The position numbers and the translations under genes were made by a program. Shown piece by piece: positions 26,659 to 34,857 of a DNA stretch of 64,000 nt (position 1 is the first letter of the stretch; each line of letters begins with the position of its first letter). Under the pieces are notes generated by a model, which saw nothing but the letters and a program-made list of their open reading frames with translations, was not told the origin of the DNA and made no database searches. This stretch comes from Escherichia phage vB_EcoS_ESCO40. The stretch lies in sequence record NC_106514.1; one strand, 5' to 3'.

Positions 26659-27075
26659 ATGAGTAAATATGGTTTTGTAAACAACGGATTTAATCAACAA
26701 ATGGGCTCCCAGCAGCCCGTTCCGGGACTGGATAACCCTTACCTACAACAGTTGCAACAGCGTTTAGCAGAAGCGCAACAGATGCAGCAACAACTCCAGC
26801 AAAACCCTGGAAGTGTGAGTCCTATGCAAATGATGCAGCAAATGAGCGGGCAGTCACAAATGCCTCAACAAATGCAGCAACAGGTGCCTCAGCAGCAAGT
26901 TCAGCAACAAACCCAACAACCGCAGGTTTCTGTGGAAGGACAGGCAGTACTAGCCCTTTTCGAAGATTTCGCAAAGACAGAGGATGGGAAACAGCTTGTA
27001 TCACTTATGGGTAAGTTTAATAGCTTCTGCCAAAGCCAAGTTGCAAAAGCTCAAAATGGTGGTAATAACTCCTAA
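26659..27075 (+). CDS. Gln-rich protein (138 aa)
   Basis: RBS AAGGGGAGGAG; poly-Q tracts (QQMQQQLQQ, QQMQQQVPQQQVQQQTQQPQ). Confidence 0.6.
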   Translation: MSKYGFVNNGFNQQMGSQQPVPGLDNPYLQQLQQRLAEAQQMQQQLQQNPGSVSPMQMMQQMSGQSQMPQQMQQQVPQQQVQQQTQQPQVSVEGQAVLALFEDFAKTEDGKQLVSLMGKFNSFCQSQVAKAQNGGNNS

Positions 27076-27084
27076 GGAGGAATT

Positions 27085-27279
27085 ATGTGTTGCAGAAAAT
27101 CTGTTTCGTGCTGCCCAATGCCTGTAGCATGTTGTTGCTCTCCAGCAATGTTTACACAAATACCGGCGTTCAATCCCTTTGCCTTTAAGCCTATTCTTAT
27201 CCTGCCCCCTAGAGTAGATTTTCAGTCAAGATTGGCCTCCCGTATGGGTGGTTGCTGTAACAAGAGTATATGGTTCTAA
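27085..27279 (+). CDS. Cys-rich small protein (64 aa)
   Basis: RBS AAGGAGG; N-terminus MCCRKSVSCCPMPVACCC, C-terminal GGCC. Confidence 0.5.
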   Translation: MCCRKSVSCCPMPVACCCSPAMFTQIPAFNPFAFKPILILPPRVDFQSRLASRMGGCCNKSIWF

Positions 27280-27295
27280 AGAACCAATAATAAAA

Positions 27296-27329
27296 AGCCC
27301 CTAGTCGAAAGACTTAGGGCTTTTCTTTT
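27296..27329 (+). terminator. intrinsic terminator of the island
   Basis: Hairpin with GAAA loop followed by TTTTCTTTT. Confidence 0.55.
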
Positions 27330-27339
27330 ATCTTAAATA

Positions 27340-27375
27340 CAGAAAAGCCCTGCGCTCTCCAGGGAACGCAGGGCT
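27340..27375 (-). terminator. intrinsic terminator (convergent)
   Basis: Perfect 9-bp stem agccctgcg / cgcagggct with U-run on minus strand after the SPFH gene. Confidence 0.6.
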
Positions 27376-27399
27376 TACTTCGAATATTACGTGTGGGTA

Positions 27400-28347
27400 T
27401 TACTTGTTACGCATATCCATAATCATCTGGCCATCGTAACCAGTGCCAACTACTGTTTGCGGTACACCACCTTGATACTTCTGAGCACGAATCATTTCAA
27501 CCTCTAGTTGCTTCCAGCGGATCATCTCAGGAGTAATAGTACGTTGCAGAGCGGCGTTAGCTTCAGCTTCTTTCTTAGCTGCATACAGTTTGGCATCTGC
27601 ATCACGTTCGTTTGCAATAGCTTGGTTGTTACGAGCTTCACGATCTGCTTCTGCTTGTTTAACCTTCTGCTGTGCTTCTTGTTCAACACGAGCCAATTCA
27701 GCTTTCGCAGCATTAACTTGTTCTTCACGAACTTTGGTATTCTGTACCTGTTCCATGATTACAGGCGGCAAAGTAATATCCTGAAGGAACACTTGCTTAA
27801 CTGTGTAACCATAAGGGCGTGCGTACTCTTCAACTTCCTGTTGAATTGCAGTTTGCAATTGTGCTTGAATTTTAGCATCAAACAAATCTTGTGCTTTAGG
27901 TACAGACTTACCGAACTCACGAATAGTGGATAACAGCTTCTCAGTTACATATTTATCTAACGCCTGATCCTGAGTACCTGCATTAATACGGTTGATCGGT
28001 GCCTTAGAACCATCAAACTGCAACATAACAGTCAGGTCAACAGTGGATTTAAACTTATCCTGGCTGGGAACCTGAAGTTTATCTAATTTTACAGCAATGT
28101 CTTTTGTACTAAAAGTATCGAAAGATGCAAATGGATTTACAAGATGGAAACCAGGTAATACTGGGTTAGGATCTACTTTACCCAGAAATGTTTGGGTTTT
28201 AACCGTACCATCAGAAACAATAGTATATGAATTAAAAGCTAGGATTAAACCTGCTAAACCAACTACAGCACCAATCCCCCAACGTTTAATAGTACGAATT
28301 ACTTTCTGCTCAGAAGTTAGTTCTTTCATATTTTTAGTATTAAACAT
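27400..28347 (-). CDS. SPFH/band-7 (HflC/prohibitin-like) membrane protein
   Basis: N-terminal TM then long charged coiled-coil with Ala/Glu/Gln repeats typical of SPFH proteins. Confidence 0.65.
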   Translation of the reverse strand: MFNTKNMKELTSEQKVIRTIKRWGIGAVVGLAGLILAFNSYTIVSDGTVKTQTFLGKVDPNPVLPGFHLVNPFASFDTFSTKDIAVKLDKLQVPSQDKFKSTVDLTVMLQFDGSKAPINRINAGTQDQALDKYVTEKLLSTIREFGKSVPKAQDLFDAKIQAQLQTAIQQEVEEYARPYGYTVKQVFLQDITLPPVIMEQVQNTKVREEQVNAAKAELARVEQEAQQKVKQAEADREARNNQAIANERDADAKLYAAKKEAEANAALQRTITPEMIRWKQLEVEMIRAQKYQGGVPQTVVGTGYDGQMIMDMRNK

Positions 28348-28381
28348 ATATTTCCTTTGTTTTAGTTACAGTTAATAAAAT

Positions 28382-28456
28382 TGGCCGAGGTGACAGGATT
28401 CGAACCTGCATAAAGGAATTTAGAAGACTCCTGCCTCTCCCTTAGACTACACCCCG
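28382..28456 (-). tRNA. tRNA-Arg (anticodon UCU)
   Basis: Loop CTTCTAA, T-arm GCAGG-TTCGAAT-CCTGT, G73, CCA. Confidence 0.7.
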
Positions 28457-29253
28457 TTTAAGTATTTTTAAGAACTCTCGTAAAAACTCTTAAAAATACA
28501 GACGATACCGGGAGAGTCATAAGTCTCACTCATTAAGTATTTCAAGACAAAATACAGTAACGTCTATTATTTTCCAGTTTAAGTCAGGGTGACTTAGTGG
28601 TTATGTCCTGCGGTATATTGAGGACTCGGTTAGGCTTGGGGTCATGACTTCCCGCCTTTTGCTGCTACTCAACAGGAGTTATCGCGAATTACCTGTGCTA
28701 TTGTGCACCATTAGTGACATCTCTCATGTCAGCATTTCCCACTTTGTGGATAGCTTGAAAAACTACTCCGATATGGAGAAAGAACTTCACTATCCTAGAA
28801 TACCTTCTAAAGTTCTTCTTTAGCCTGGACATAGTTAAATCGTAATAAAACTATTCAGCAGACTGGTTGGTTAGTCTGGAACCAACTACCACGTGGTTTA
28901 GGCAGTGCGCAACTAACCTCGGAAGCTTTTACGTTAAAAGCATCAGTTATCCAGTTCTTACCGACCGTAGGATTCGAACCTACATCTTCCACCAGTTACG
29001 GCTTGATAATACCAATTATACTAGGACGGCGGTGTTACTACATAAGTGATTTCCACACCCCACTATTTATAAATTAGAGAAGAGTTTAGGGGAGAGGTTT
29101 CAGACGCCTCATTTTACACGTTCTAGCCACTAACCGGGATTGCCGCCCCCTGTGTACTAGTTTTACAACTAACCCACCGACTCTATTCAATGCGCTCCGG
29201 TTGGGATTCTGCACTCAGCGTAATCGGCTCGCTGTTCCCTAATTTATGAATAT
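28457..29253 (-). other. promoter-driven ORF-free region (candidate structured RNA(s) or degenerate tRNAs)
   Basis: About 0.8 kb without an ORF of 60 aa or more, downstream of promoter 29254-29282 and upstream of tRNA-Arg. Confidence 0.4.
28955..29030 (-). ncRNA. tRNA-like element with perfect T-arm but imperfect acceptor
   Basis: GTAGG-TTCGAAT-CCTAC T-arm; acceptor pairing needs a bulge; anticodon not assignable. Confidence 0.25.
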
Positions 29254-29282
29254 ATTATACAGAATTTATAAGCATTTAGCAA
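29254..29282 (-). promoter_or_regulatory. sigma70-type promoter (T5 family)
   Basis: TTGCTA-17-TATAAT. Confidence 0.6.
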
Positions 29283-29290
29283 ATAAATTT

Positions 29291-29734
29291 TTAATTAAAT
29301 TCGCCAGCAATCTGAGCAGCAGTACCACCATCATAACGCCCAGGAAATTCTTCCTTAATCGCTTTCATCAGCATACCTTTTGTAATTCCAGGGTTTAGCT
29401 TAACTAATTCTGCAAAGTATTTACGAATCTCAGTATCAGATAACTGAGGAGGCAGATACTCCTGCAACCACTTATTTAGAATGTATTCATACTGAGCGGA
29501 CTGCAAGCTATAACTATCAAGATCTTGACCATGAAGTTTAGCTTTCATCTGGTTAATGCTTTTTAGTTGAGCTTTGAGATAAGACACAAATTGTTCAGAA
29601 GTGATGAAATCTTTATCAATACGCTGAAGATCCCCGATTATGGTCTGATAGCTTTTAGCGACTTCTTTATCAGAACCATTAAACTTAGAATCCTGCAAAG
29701 CTCTACGCAAAACATCTAAAATATTCTCTTCCAT
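29291..29734 (-). CDS. GatB/YqeY-domain protein
   Basis: Segment EYLPPQLSDTEIRKYF...GMLMKAIKEEFPGRYDGG resembles the YqeY family as I recall it. Confidence 0.55.
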   Translation of the reverse strand: MEENILDVLRRALQDSKFNGSDKEVAKSYQTIIGDLQRIDKDFITSEQFVSYLKAQLKSINQMKAKLHGQDLDSYSLQSAQYEYILNKWLQEYLPPQLSDTEIRKYFAELVKLNPGITKGMLMKAIKEEFPGRYDGGTAAQIAGEFN

Positions 29735-29904
29735 TATTTCATTCCTAACGCTTGGTTAAAAGATTGTTCTGTCATAACTGCTGAGACTTTGGCGAAATCA
29801 AACTTTTTAGGGTTCGTAGTGATCTCAGCAACGTTAGAAGTTTTAACAGTTTTCGTAGTACGAATACCGCGAGTGTTAACACCAATAATTACAACTGATT
29901 TCAT
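29734..29904 (-). CDS. unlisted small ORF (56 aa, MKSVVIIGVNTRG...)
   Basis: Conserved leader plus RBS GAGAGGAAG before ATG at 29904; stop overlaps YqeY start (TAATG). Confidence 0.4.
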   Translation of the reverse strand: MKSVVIIGVNTRGIRTTKTVKTSNVAEITTNPKKFDFAKVSAVMTEQSFNQALGMK

Positions 29905-29935
29905 ATTTCGCTTCCTCTCATTAATTTATGGAAGT

Positions 29936-29964
29936 ATTATACGGAAATTTAAGTATTTAAGCAA
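29936..29964 (-). promoter_or_regulatory. sigma70-type early promoter (T5 family)
   Basis: TTGCTT-17-TATAAT. Confidence 0.6.
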
Positions 29965-29972
29965 GTAAATTT

Positions 29973-30440
29973 TTAAGTTTTAGTGACAACAGGTTTATAA
30001 AACGTATGTCCCTTAATCTTAGTTGTTTTCTTAAACTTCTTTGTCCAGTAAGGTTTATCTTTACCACTATGGAAGTATAGTGCTCCATATGTAGGATCTT
30101 GTGGTAAATCAACGTAGTATATCACTCTAGCTAAATTCTTAGCGGTTTGCCAAGCCTCATCAGTTTTATCAACTTTTGGTCTCTTAGATACCCAAGAGAA
30201 CTGGTTAGACTGATATACTACTTTACAGTAGGAATCTGGGAATTTACCGGAGTTTACACGGTTTTTAGTAACGTGTGCAATCGCCGTCATTCCCTTTATG
30301 CCCTCACCACGACTTTCGAAATAGATATTTTTAGCAATGCAATCTATTTCTTTTGCATCGTGCGATGCCTGACTACTAAAGCTGAAGGTAAGGGCAGCTA
30401 CTAAAAGCAAAGCTGCCTTCATTCTTTTTACTCCTGCCAA
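29973..30440 (-). CDS. secreted cell-wall hydrolase (SleB/CwlJ-like)
   Basis: Signal peptide; motifs IYFESRGE and QFSW typical of the family. Confidence 0.55.
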   Translation of the reverse strand: MAGVKRMKAALLLVAALTFSFSSQASHDAKEIDCIAKNIYFESRGEGIKGMTAIAHVTKNRVNSGKFPDSYCKVVYQSNQFSWVSKRPKVDKTDEAWQTAKNLARVIYYVDLPQDPTYGALYFHSGKDKPYWTKKFKKTTKIKGHTFYKPVVTKT

Positions 30441-30745
30441 TCATATTCAACACGATTGGGGTTTTCTTTGTACCCTAAGTCAAGCAAATCATTACGCATA
30501 TGTTGCTTAGCTACTGGGTTCGAGGTTACTAGTACCACTTTCTTTGGTCTCTGCCCAAATTCTAAGAGTAAACGAAGAATTTGATAACCTTCCATACCAT
30601 CTACAGCCAAGTCATTATCCATATAAACGAAGTGGCCTGTGGTATCAGTTTTATTCAGAAACTCTACAGCGGCTTCTGGGGTTCGAATGATAATGTCCAT
30701 TCCGGGAAGATTACGCACATCATCAATCAAAATATGAAAAGTCAT
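30428..30745 (-). CDS. hypothetical protein (105 aa), receiver-domain-like
   Basis: Acidic pocket ILIDD / YMDNDL followed by a Lys; weak resemblance only. Confidence 0.45.
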   Translation of the reverse strand: MTFHILIDDVRNLPGMDIIIRTPEAAVEFLNKTDTTGHFVYMDNDLAVDGMEGYQILRLLLEFGQRPKKVVLVTSNPVAKQHMRNDLLDLGYKENPNRVEYDWQE

Positions 30746-30775
30746 AATAGCCTCGTTTCATCAATTTAAAAATAT

Positions 30776-30804
30776 ATTATACAGATAACTTAATAAATTA
30801 GCAA
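30776..30804 (-). promoter_or_regulatory. sigma70-type early promoter (T5 family)
   Basis: TTGCTA-17-TATAAT. Confidence 0.6.
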
Positions 30805-31187
30805 ATACATTTTTAAATTGTGAAACTAGTAAACCGATAAACAGCCTAGAGGCGCCACAGGCCATATCTTATGAGCCATGTACCTTTGATCTAGGGTTTG
30901 AATCATCAACGAATACTTTGCATCTTTTAGCTTTAGAAGTTTAGAAGTTTGAGTTCTTTAAACTTTTCAGCTTTCATACTTAAATGTTGATCTTTGAAGT
31001 TGTGTCGGTAATATCAACGACGCTTTGTTCTTACGTGTCAGCTTAAAAGGCTGGTGTAATAAACATAATCTCCAATAGATTATACTTTATAGTATGGTCA
31101 GCGGTCTTATTTAACCTCGTATTTCAACCGCTGCTGCGAGGTAAGATGCTTGGGCTTTCGTCTACCGATTTACTAGCTTTTAAATTA

Positions 31188-31826
31188 TTACTCTACTTCA
31201 ATAAAGGTAGAGGCGTTAGACTCGGACAGAACAAAGTCAACATTTGTTGCAAAGTCCTGGTATTCCTCGTCATGCTGCTTAATCAGCTTCTCCAGTTCCA
31301 GCGGATCAATCAAGAATGGAGTATTCTTGAGTTCTAGCAGGTTGAGCTGCATTTTAACTTCATCTTCGGAAGTTTTCTTATCGCGGGTAGCCATGCTATC
31401 CTGCAAACGCTCATATTTAGCATCAAACTGTGCTTTCTGCGTATTAAACTTAACCGTAGCGGCATGGAACTGCTTACGCATGTTAGCCAACAGCTGAGCT
31501 TTAAGCTCCATAGAACGCTTAGCTTCAATTGCTTCCGCAACAGTCATCTTACGAGAGCCAATCTCAACGATTGTTTCCGCATTGCTCTTAATCAGAGCAG
31601 CTTTGATACAATCACGCTGGGACATCATATCTAGGAGAGATTGGAAATCTGCCTTAATACGAGCAGATAGATCGTCTACTTCGATTGCAGCGCCAACTAC
31701 AACCTTATTTTTATCCTTACCTTCACCAACAGCGATCAGAAGCTGTTGTTCAGTAGCTTTACGGATTTTAGCTTCCAGAGATTTGATAGTTGCCAGAGCG
31801 CGAGTTTTAGAAATACGAGTAGTCAT
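31188..31826 (-). CDS. coiled-coil protein (212 aa), high-expression codon usage
   Basis: Charged heptad-like sequence; cgt/ctg/gct codon bias. Confidence 0.55.
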   Translation of the reverse strand: MTTRISKTRALATIKSLEAKIRKATEQQLLIAVGEGKDKNKVVVGAAIEVDDLSARIKADFQSLLDMMSQRDCIKAALIKSNAETIVEIGSRKMTVAEAIEAKRSMELKAQLLANMRKQFHAATVKFNTQKAQFDAKYERLQDSMATRDKKTSEDEVKMQLNLLELKNTPFLIDPLELEKLIKQHDEEYQDFATNVDFVLSESNASTFIEVE

Positions 31827-31879
31827 TATTTGCTTCCTTATATGAAGTTTGAGATTTGAATTTGTTTAAATTTGATCTA

Positions 31880-32062
31880 TTACAGACCAATTGCCAGCAG
31901 AGTGCGCAGAACAGTATCATTACTGTTATCAATTTTAGGATTAGCACGATTTAACAGATCAAAGATTTTCTGGATACCTGATTGACGTTCAGCCATACGA
32001 CGGATACCCAGATTACGAGTAGCTTTCTTACCATTTTTACGAACATTTTTAGATACTGGCAT
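31880..32062 (-). CDS. small basic protein (60 aa)
   Basis: RBS AAAGGAAAAC; Lys/Arg-rich. Confidence 0.45.
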   Translation of the reverse strand: MPVSKNVRKNGKKATRNLGIRRMAERQSGIQKIFDLLNRANPKIDNSNDTVLRTLLAIGL

Positions 32063-32101
32063 ATTTGTTTTCCTTTTATTGTTTTCTCAAATTTATGAAT
32101 A

Positions 32102-32130
32102 TATTATACAGAATTTTGGAGCCGGAAGCA
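32102..32130 (-). promoter_or_regulatory. sigma70-type early promoter (T5 family)
   Basis: TTGCTT-17-TATAAT. Confidence 0.6.
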
Positions 32131-32132
32131 AA

Positions 32133-32834
32133 TCAAATTTTCATTTTTTCGATCATAGCTGCAACACAATAGCTTTCAACTAAGGCATCAAATGCAGGAT
32201 CATGCTTAACCGGATAGATCCCATAACGAATGGTGTCCATCTTCTCCATTTTAGCTATTGCCCAGCTAATACCTTCGGTCTCTAGAGCCTTATAACTGTA
32301 TCCAGCTTGCATCCAGAGATTACGAAGAGATCGAACATTACCCAAATTCCAGAATTTCCACGGAACTACCTCTTCATTGGTTCCAGCATGGAAAGTGTTT
32401 GCAGAGTAGATAGTCATATCAAACTCTGGGCCATTGCCATAATACAAAGCATTTTCGCCTAGAGCCAACTCCATAATATTTTGAGCCATAGAGAAGGCAG
32501 CATAGTTAGAGCCAAGTTTATTAGTACAATGATGTTTACCATTTTGGAAGGCAATCAGTTTTGGATTACGCTCGTTCATAGCTTCCATAATGTGGATAGC
32601 AGACGGGCTATTTTTAGCTTGATCCATCCAGAATGCTAGAGTAGATGCTGTAACTTTGGCACCAGAATTAAGCTGATCTTGCACATCCAAAGTAACAAAT
32701 ACTAGATTAGGGTCTTTATCAATCCCATGCATAGCCACAAAAGCGAAAGAAGGCATTACGATATGAGTAGTACCACAATCCCCTGGAGTTCCTAGAGATT
32801 CAATATCTAACATACCAAATGGTTTTACTTTCAT
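32133..32834 (-). CDS. DEDDh-type 3'-5' exonuclease-like protein
   Basis: N-terminal MLDIESLG (D-x-E) and C-terminal HDPAFDA (H-x4-D) motifs. Confidence 0.5.
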   Translation of the reverse strand: MKVKPFGMLDIESLGTPGDCGTTHIVMPSFAFVAMHGIDKDPNLVFVTLDVQDQLNSGAKVTASTLAFWMDQAKNSPSAIHIMEAMNERNPKLIAFQNGKHHCTNKLGSNYAAFSMAQNIMELALGENALYYGNGPEFDMTIYSANTFHAGTNEEVVPWKFWNLGNVRSLRNLWMQAGYSYKALETEGISWAIAKMEKMDTIRYGIYPVKHDPAFDALVESYCVAAMIEKMKI

Positions 32835-32862
32835 AACTTATCCTTTATTGCGTAGAAAACTA

Positions 32863-33099
32863 TTAAAGAGCTGTCTCTTTAATAGACTCCCACTTCTTGG
32901 GGTCTTTAAAACCAGGAAGCATATCTTCACTAACATCCCAGTTTTCTTCCATAGAAAAGTCTGGCCATTCATTCCAGCTATCTTCCAGTTCTTCGTAGCA
33001 GGTATCCATTACCTCATGACTAGAAAGTCGTGTATAATCTCTAGCGGACTTATGAGTGCTAGCACGGTTAAAATCATTCTTTGCTACAAAATTACGCAT
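32863..33099 (-). CDS. hypothetical acidic protein (78 aa)
   Basis: RBS TGGAGAAAC. Confidence 0.45.
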   Translation of the reverse strand: MRNFVAKNDFNRASTHKSARDYTRLSSHEVMDTCYEELEDSWNEWPDFSMEENWDVSEDMLPGFKDPKKWESIKETAL

Positions 33100-33140
33100 A
33101 GTTTCTCCAAATAAGAGGGGCTTTCGCCCCCTGACTTAAA

Positions 33141-33356
33141 TTATTTGCCCAGCAGTTTAAGGATATTTTCCATAATAGTTTGGGCAGATTTTTCACTCTT
33201 GTTGGTTTCAGCCAACTTTAAAGCGAGTTCTTCCTGCTGTTTCTGAATATCAGCAGCAATTTTCTGATCAGCCTCGATACGAGCTTGAAGTTCATCAGTG
33301 ATAGTAGTAAAGGAAGCAACGATTTCAGTAACGGAACGTGGTTTCTTGGAGAACAT
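33141..33356 (-). CDS. small coiled-coil protein (71 aa)
   Basis: Flanked on both sides by identical GGGGC-GAAA-GCCCC hairpins. Confidence 0.45.
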   Translation of the reverse strand: MFSKKPRSVTEIVASFTTITDELQARIEADQKIAADIQKQQEELALKLAETNKSEKSAQTIMENILKLLGK

Positions 33357-33415
33357 AAAAATATCCTTGATTAGTTAGAGAGCTAGTTGACTGTAGGGGC
33401 TTTCGCCCCTATCTA

Positions 33416-33931
33416 TTACTTCGCTTTACGTTTACGAGCTGGTTTAGCAGATTTACGAGCGGAATCGCCCGTGAATTTAATACCTACACCATAACACAGA
33501 GCACGAACGTTATCTTTGCTATATTCTACACCAAAGATATTTGGCTTAACAGAACCAAACTGTCCACGAGTATCACGCAATACATCTGCTGTTGGTTTAC
33601 GCTTCTGGTTAACTGCCTTCTCATAGTCTTTCATAGACATACCATTACGAGAGAACAATTCAGCCCCAGCGTTGAAGCTCAGGGAAACTGGGACAGATTT
33701 GTGGCCGTAATTTTCTACATACATAACCATTTTGTAGGATTTACGGGTAGCATTTTTAGCTTTAGGCTTCTGACGAATCGGAGCCGGATTATTCAGTGCT
33801 TGTGCAGCCTGAGCATCGGTAGGATGCTTACGCAGGTGACGTTCCAGGCGAGCTTTGCGATTAGCCTCAGTCTTCGGGAAAGTTTTAACTGCCGGAGCTG
33901 CTTGAGTTTTTGCGTTTTTCTGCTTAGCCAT
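33416..33931 (-). CDS. basic protein (171 aa), high-expression codon usage
   Basis: Lys/Arg-rich termini. Confidence 0.55.
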   Translation of the reverse strand: MAKQKNAKTQAAPAVKTFPKTEANRKARLERHLRKHPTDAQAAQALNNPAPIRQKPKAKNATRKSYKMVMYVENYGHKSVPVSLSFNAGAELFSRNGMSMKDYEKAVNQKRKPTADVLRDTRGQFGSVKPNIFGVEYSKDNVRALCYGVGIKFTGDSARKSAKPARKRKAK

Positions 33932-33969
33932 TATTTATTTTCCTTTTTGTTTATCAATTTATGAAGTAT

Positions 33970-33998
33970 ATTATACGAGAATTTGAAGCGTTTAGCAA
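33970..33998 (-). promoter_or_regulatory. sigma70-type early promoter (T5 family)
   Basis: TTGCTA-17-TATAAT. Confidence 0.6.
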
Positions 33999-34014
33999 AT
34001 GAATTTTTTAAAAA

Positions 34015-34293
34015 TTATCTACCAACCATCTTAGCTTGTTCGGCATCTGAGACATATTGATACGCTCCTTTATTATACGCTGGAGCAGTACACATTTTCT
34101 TACGCTCAATCTCTTCTTGAGCTTTTCTTTCGCGTTCAGCTAATTCTTCGTCCAGATAAACTAAACGTTGTTCTGGAGGAGGTGGAAGACGTGTTTCTGG
34201 CTCACCAATATTAGCCTTTCTTATTTGACGAGGTGATTGTGCACGTTTTCTCAATGGTTTAAATCCTAATGAATTTGAGTTATAAATTCGCAT
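34015..34293 (-). CDS. hypothetical protein (92 aa)
   Basis: ORF. Confidence 0.45.
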   Translation of the reverse strand: MRIYNSNSLGFKPLRKRAQSPRQIRKANIGEPETRLPPPPEQRLVYLDEELAERERKAQEEIERKKMCTAPAYNKGAYQYVSDAEQAKMVGR

Positions 34294-34318
34294 AAAGCCC
34301 CCTCACTTTCAATACGAA

Positions 34319-34347
34319 TATTATACTAAATTAAAGGGCTTTAAGCA
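34319..34347 (-). promoter_or_regulatory. sigma70-type early promoter (T5 family)
   Basis: TTGCTT-17-TATAAT. Confidence 0.6.
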
Positions 34348-34368
34348 AGAAAATTTTTAATTTATTTA

Positions 34369-34857
34369 TCACATCTCAGCCATTTCAGCTTCAGTAATAA
34401 CTGTATTACATAGTGCATCTACAGCTTCATTACCACTAATTCCTGAGTGCCCTTTTACTTTAATAAAAGTAGGATTAGTATTGTGGAAGTTAATGTATTG
34501 CTGAGTTAATTTAAATGCTTCTTGCCAAAGTTCTAGATTAAGAGGGATTTCACCATCTGCTTTCTTCCAGCCTTTCTTTTGCCAAGAAAACATCCAACTT
34601 TCCATACCATTTTTGCAATAAGCAGAGTCAGTATATATAATAATTGGTCTATTATCTTTTTTAACGGACCAACGTAGAGCTTCTACAATAGCTGTGAGTT
34701 CCATCTCATTATTTGTAGTTTTAGGACTATAACCAGATTTAGAGCCTAAACGATCGTCGTTATCATCATAGACAATAAAACCCCAAGCACCCGGGCCAGG
34801 GTTGGACTTACAAGCACCATCTGTGTAAATGTGGAAAACCGACATTATACCTCCCAA
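34369..34857 (-). CDS. rnhA: ribonuclease H
   Basis: N-terminal IYTDGACKSNPGPGAWG RNase HI signature. Confidence 0.8.
   Translation of the reverse strand: MGGIMSVFHIYTDGACKSNPGPGAWGFIVYDDNDDRLGSKSGYSPKTTNNEMELTAIVEALRWSVKKDNRPIIIYTDSAYCKNGMESWMFSWQKKGWKKADGEIPLNLELWQEAFKLTQQYINFHNTNPTFIKVKGHSGISGNEAVDALCNTVITEAEMAEM

Noticed and set aside
26218-26700. Antisense ORF (160 aa) opposite the island genes
   Set aside because: Overlaps two well-signalled sense genes, Ser/Leu-rich translation typical of antisense of biased-codon genes, no RBS
27508-27933. Plus-strand ORF (141 aa) inside the SPFH gene
   Set aside because: Entirely within a better-supported minus-strand gene; low-complexity translation
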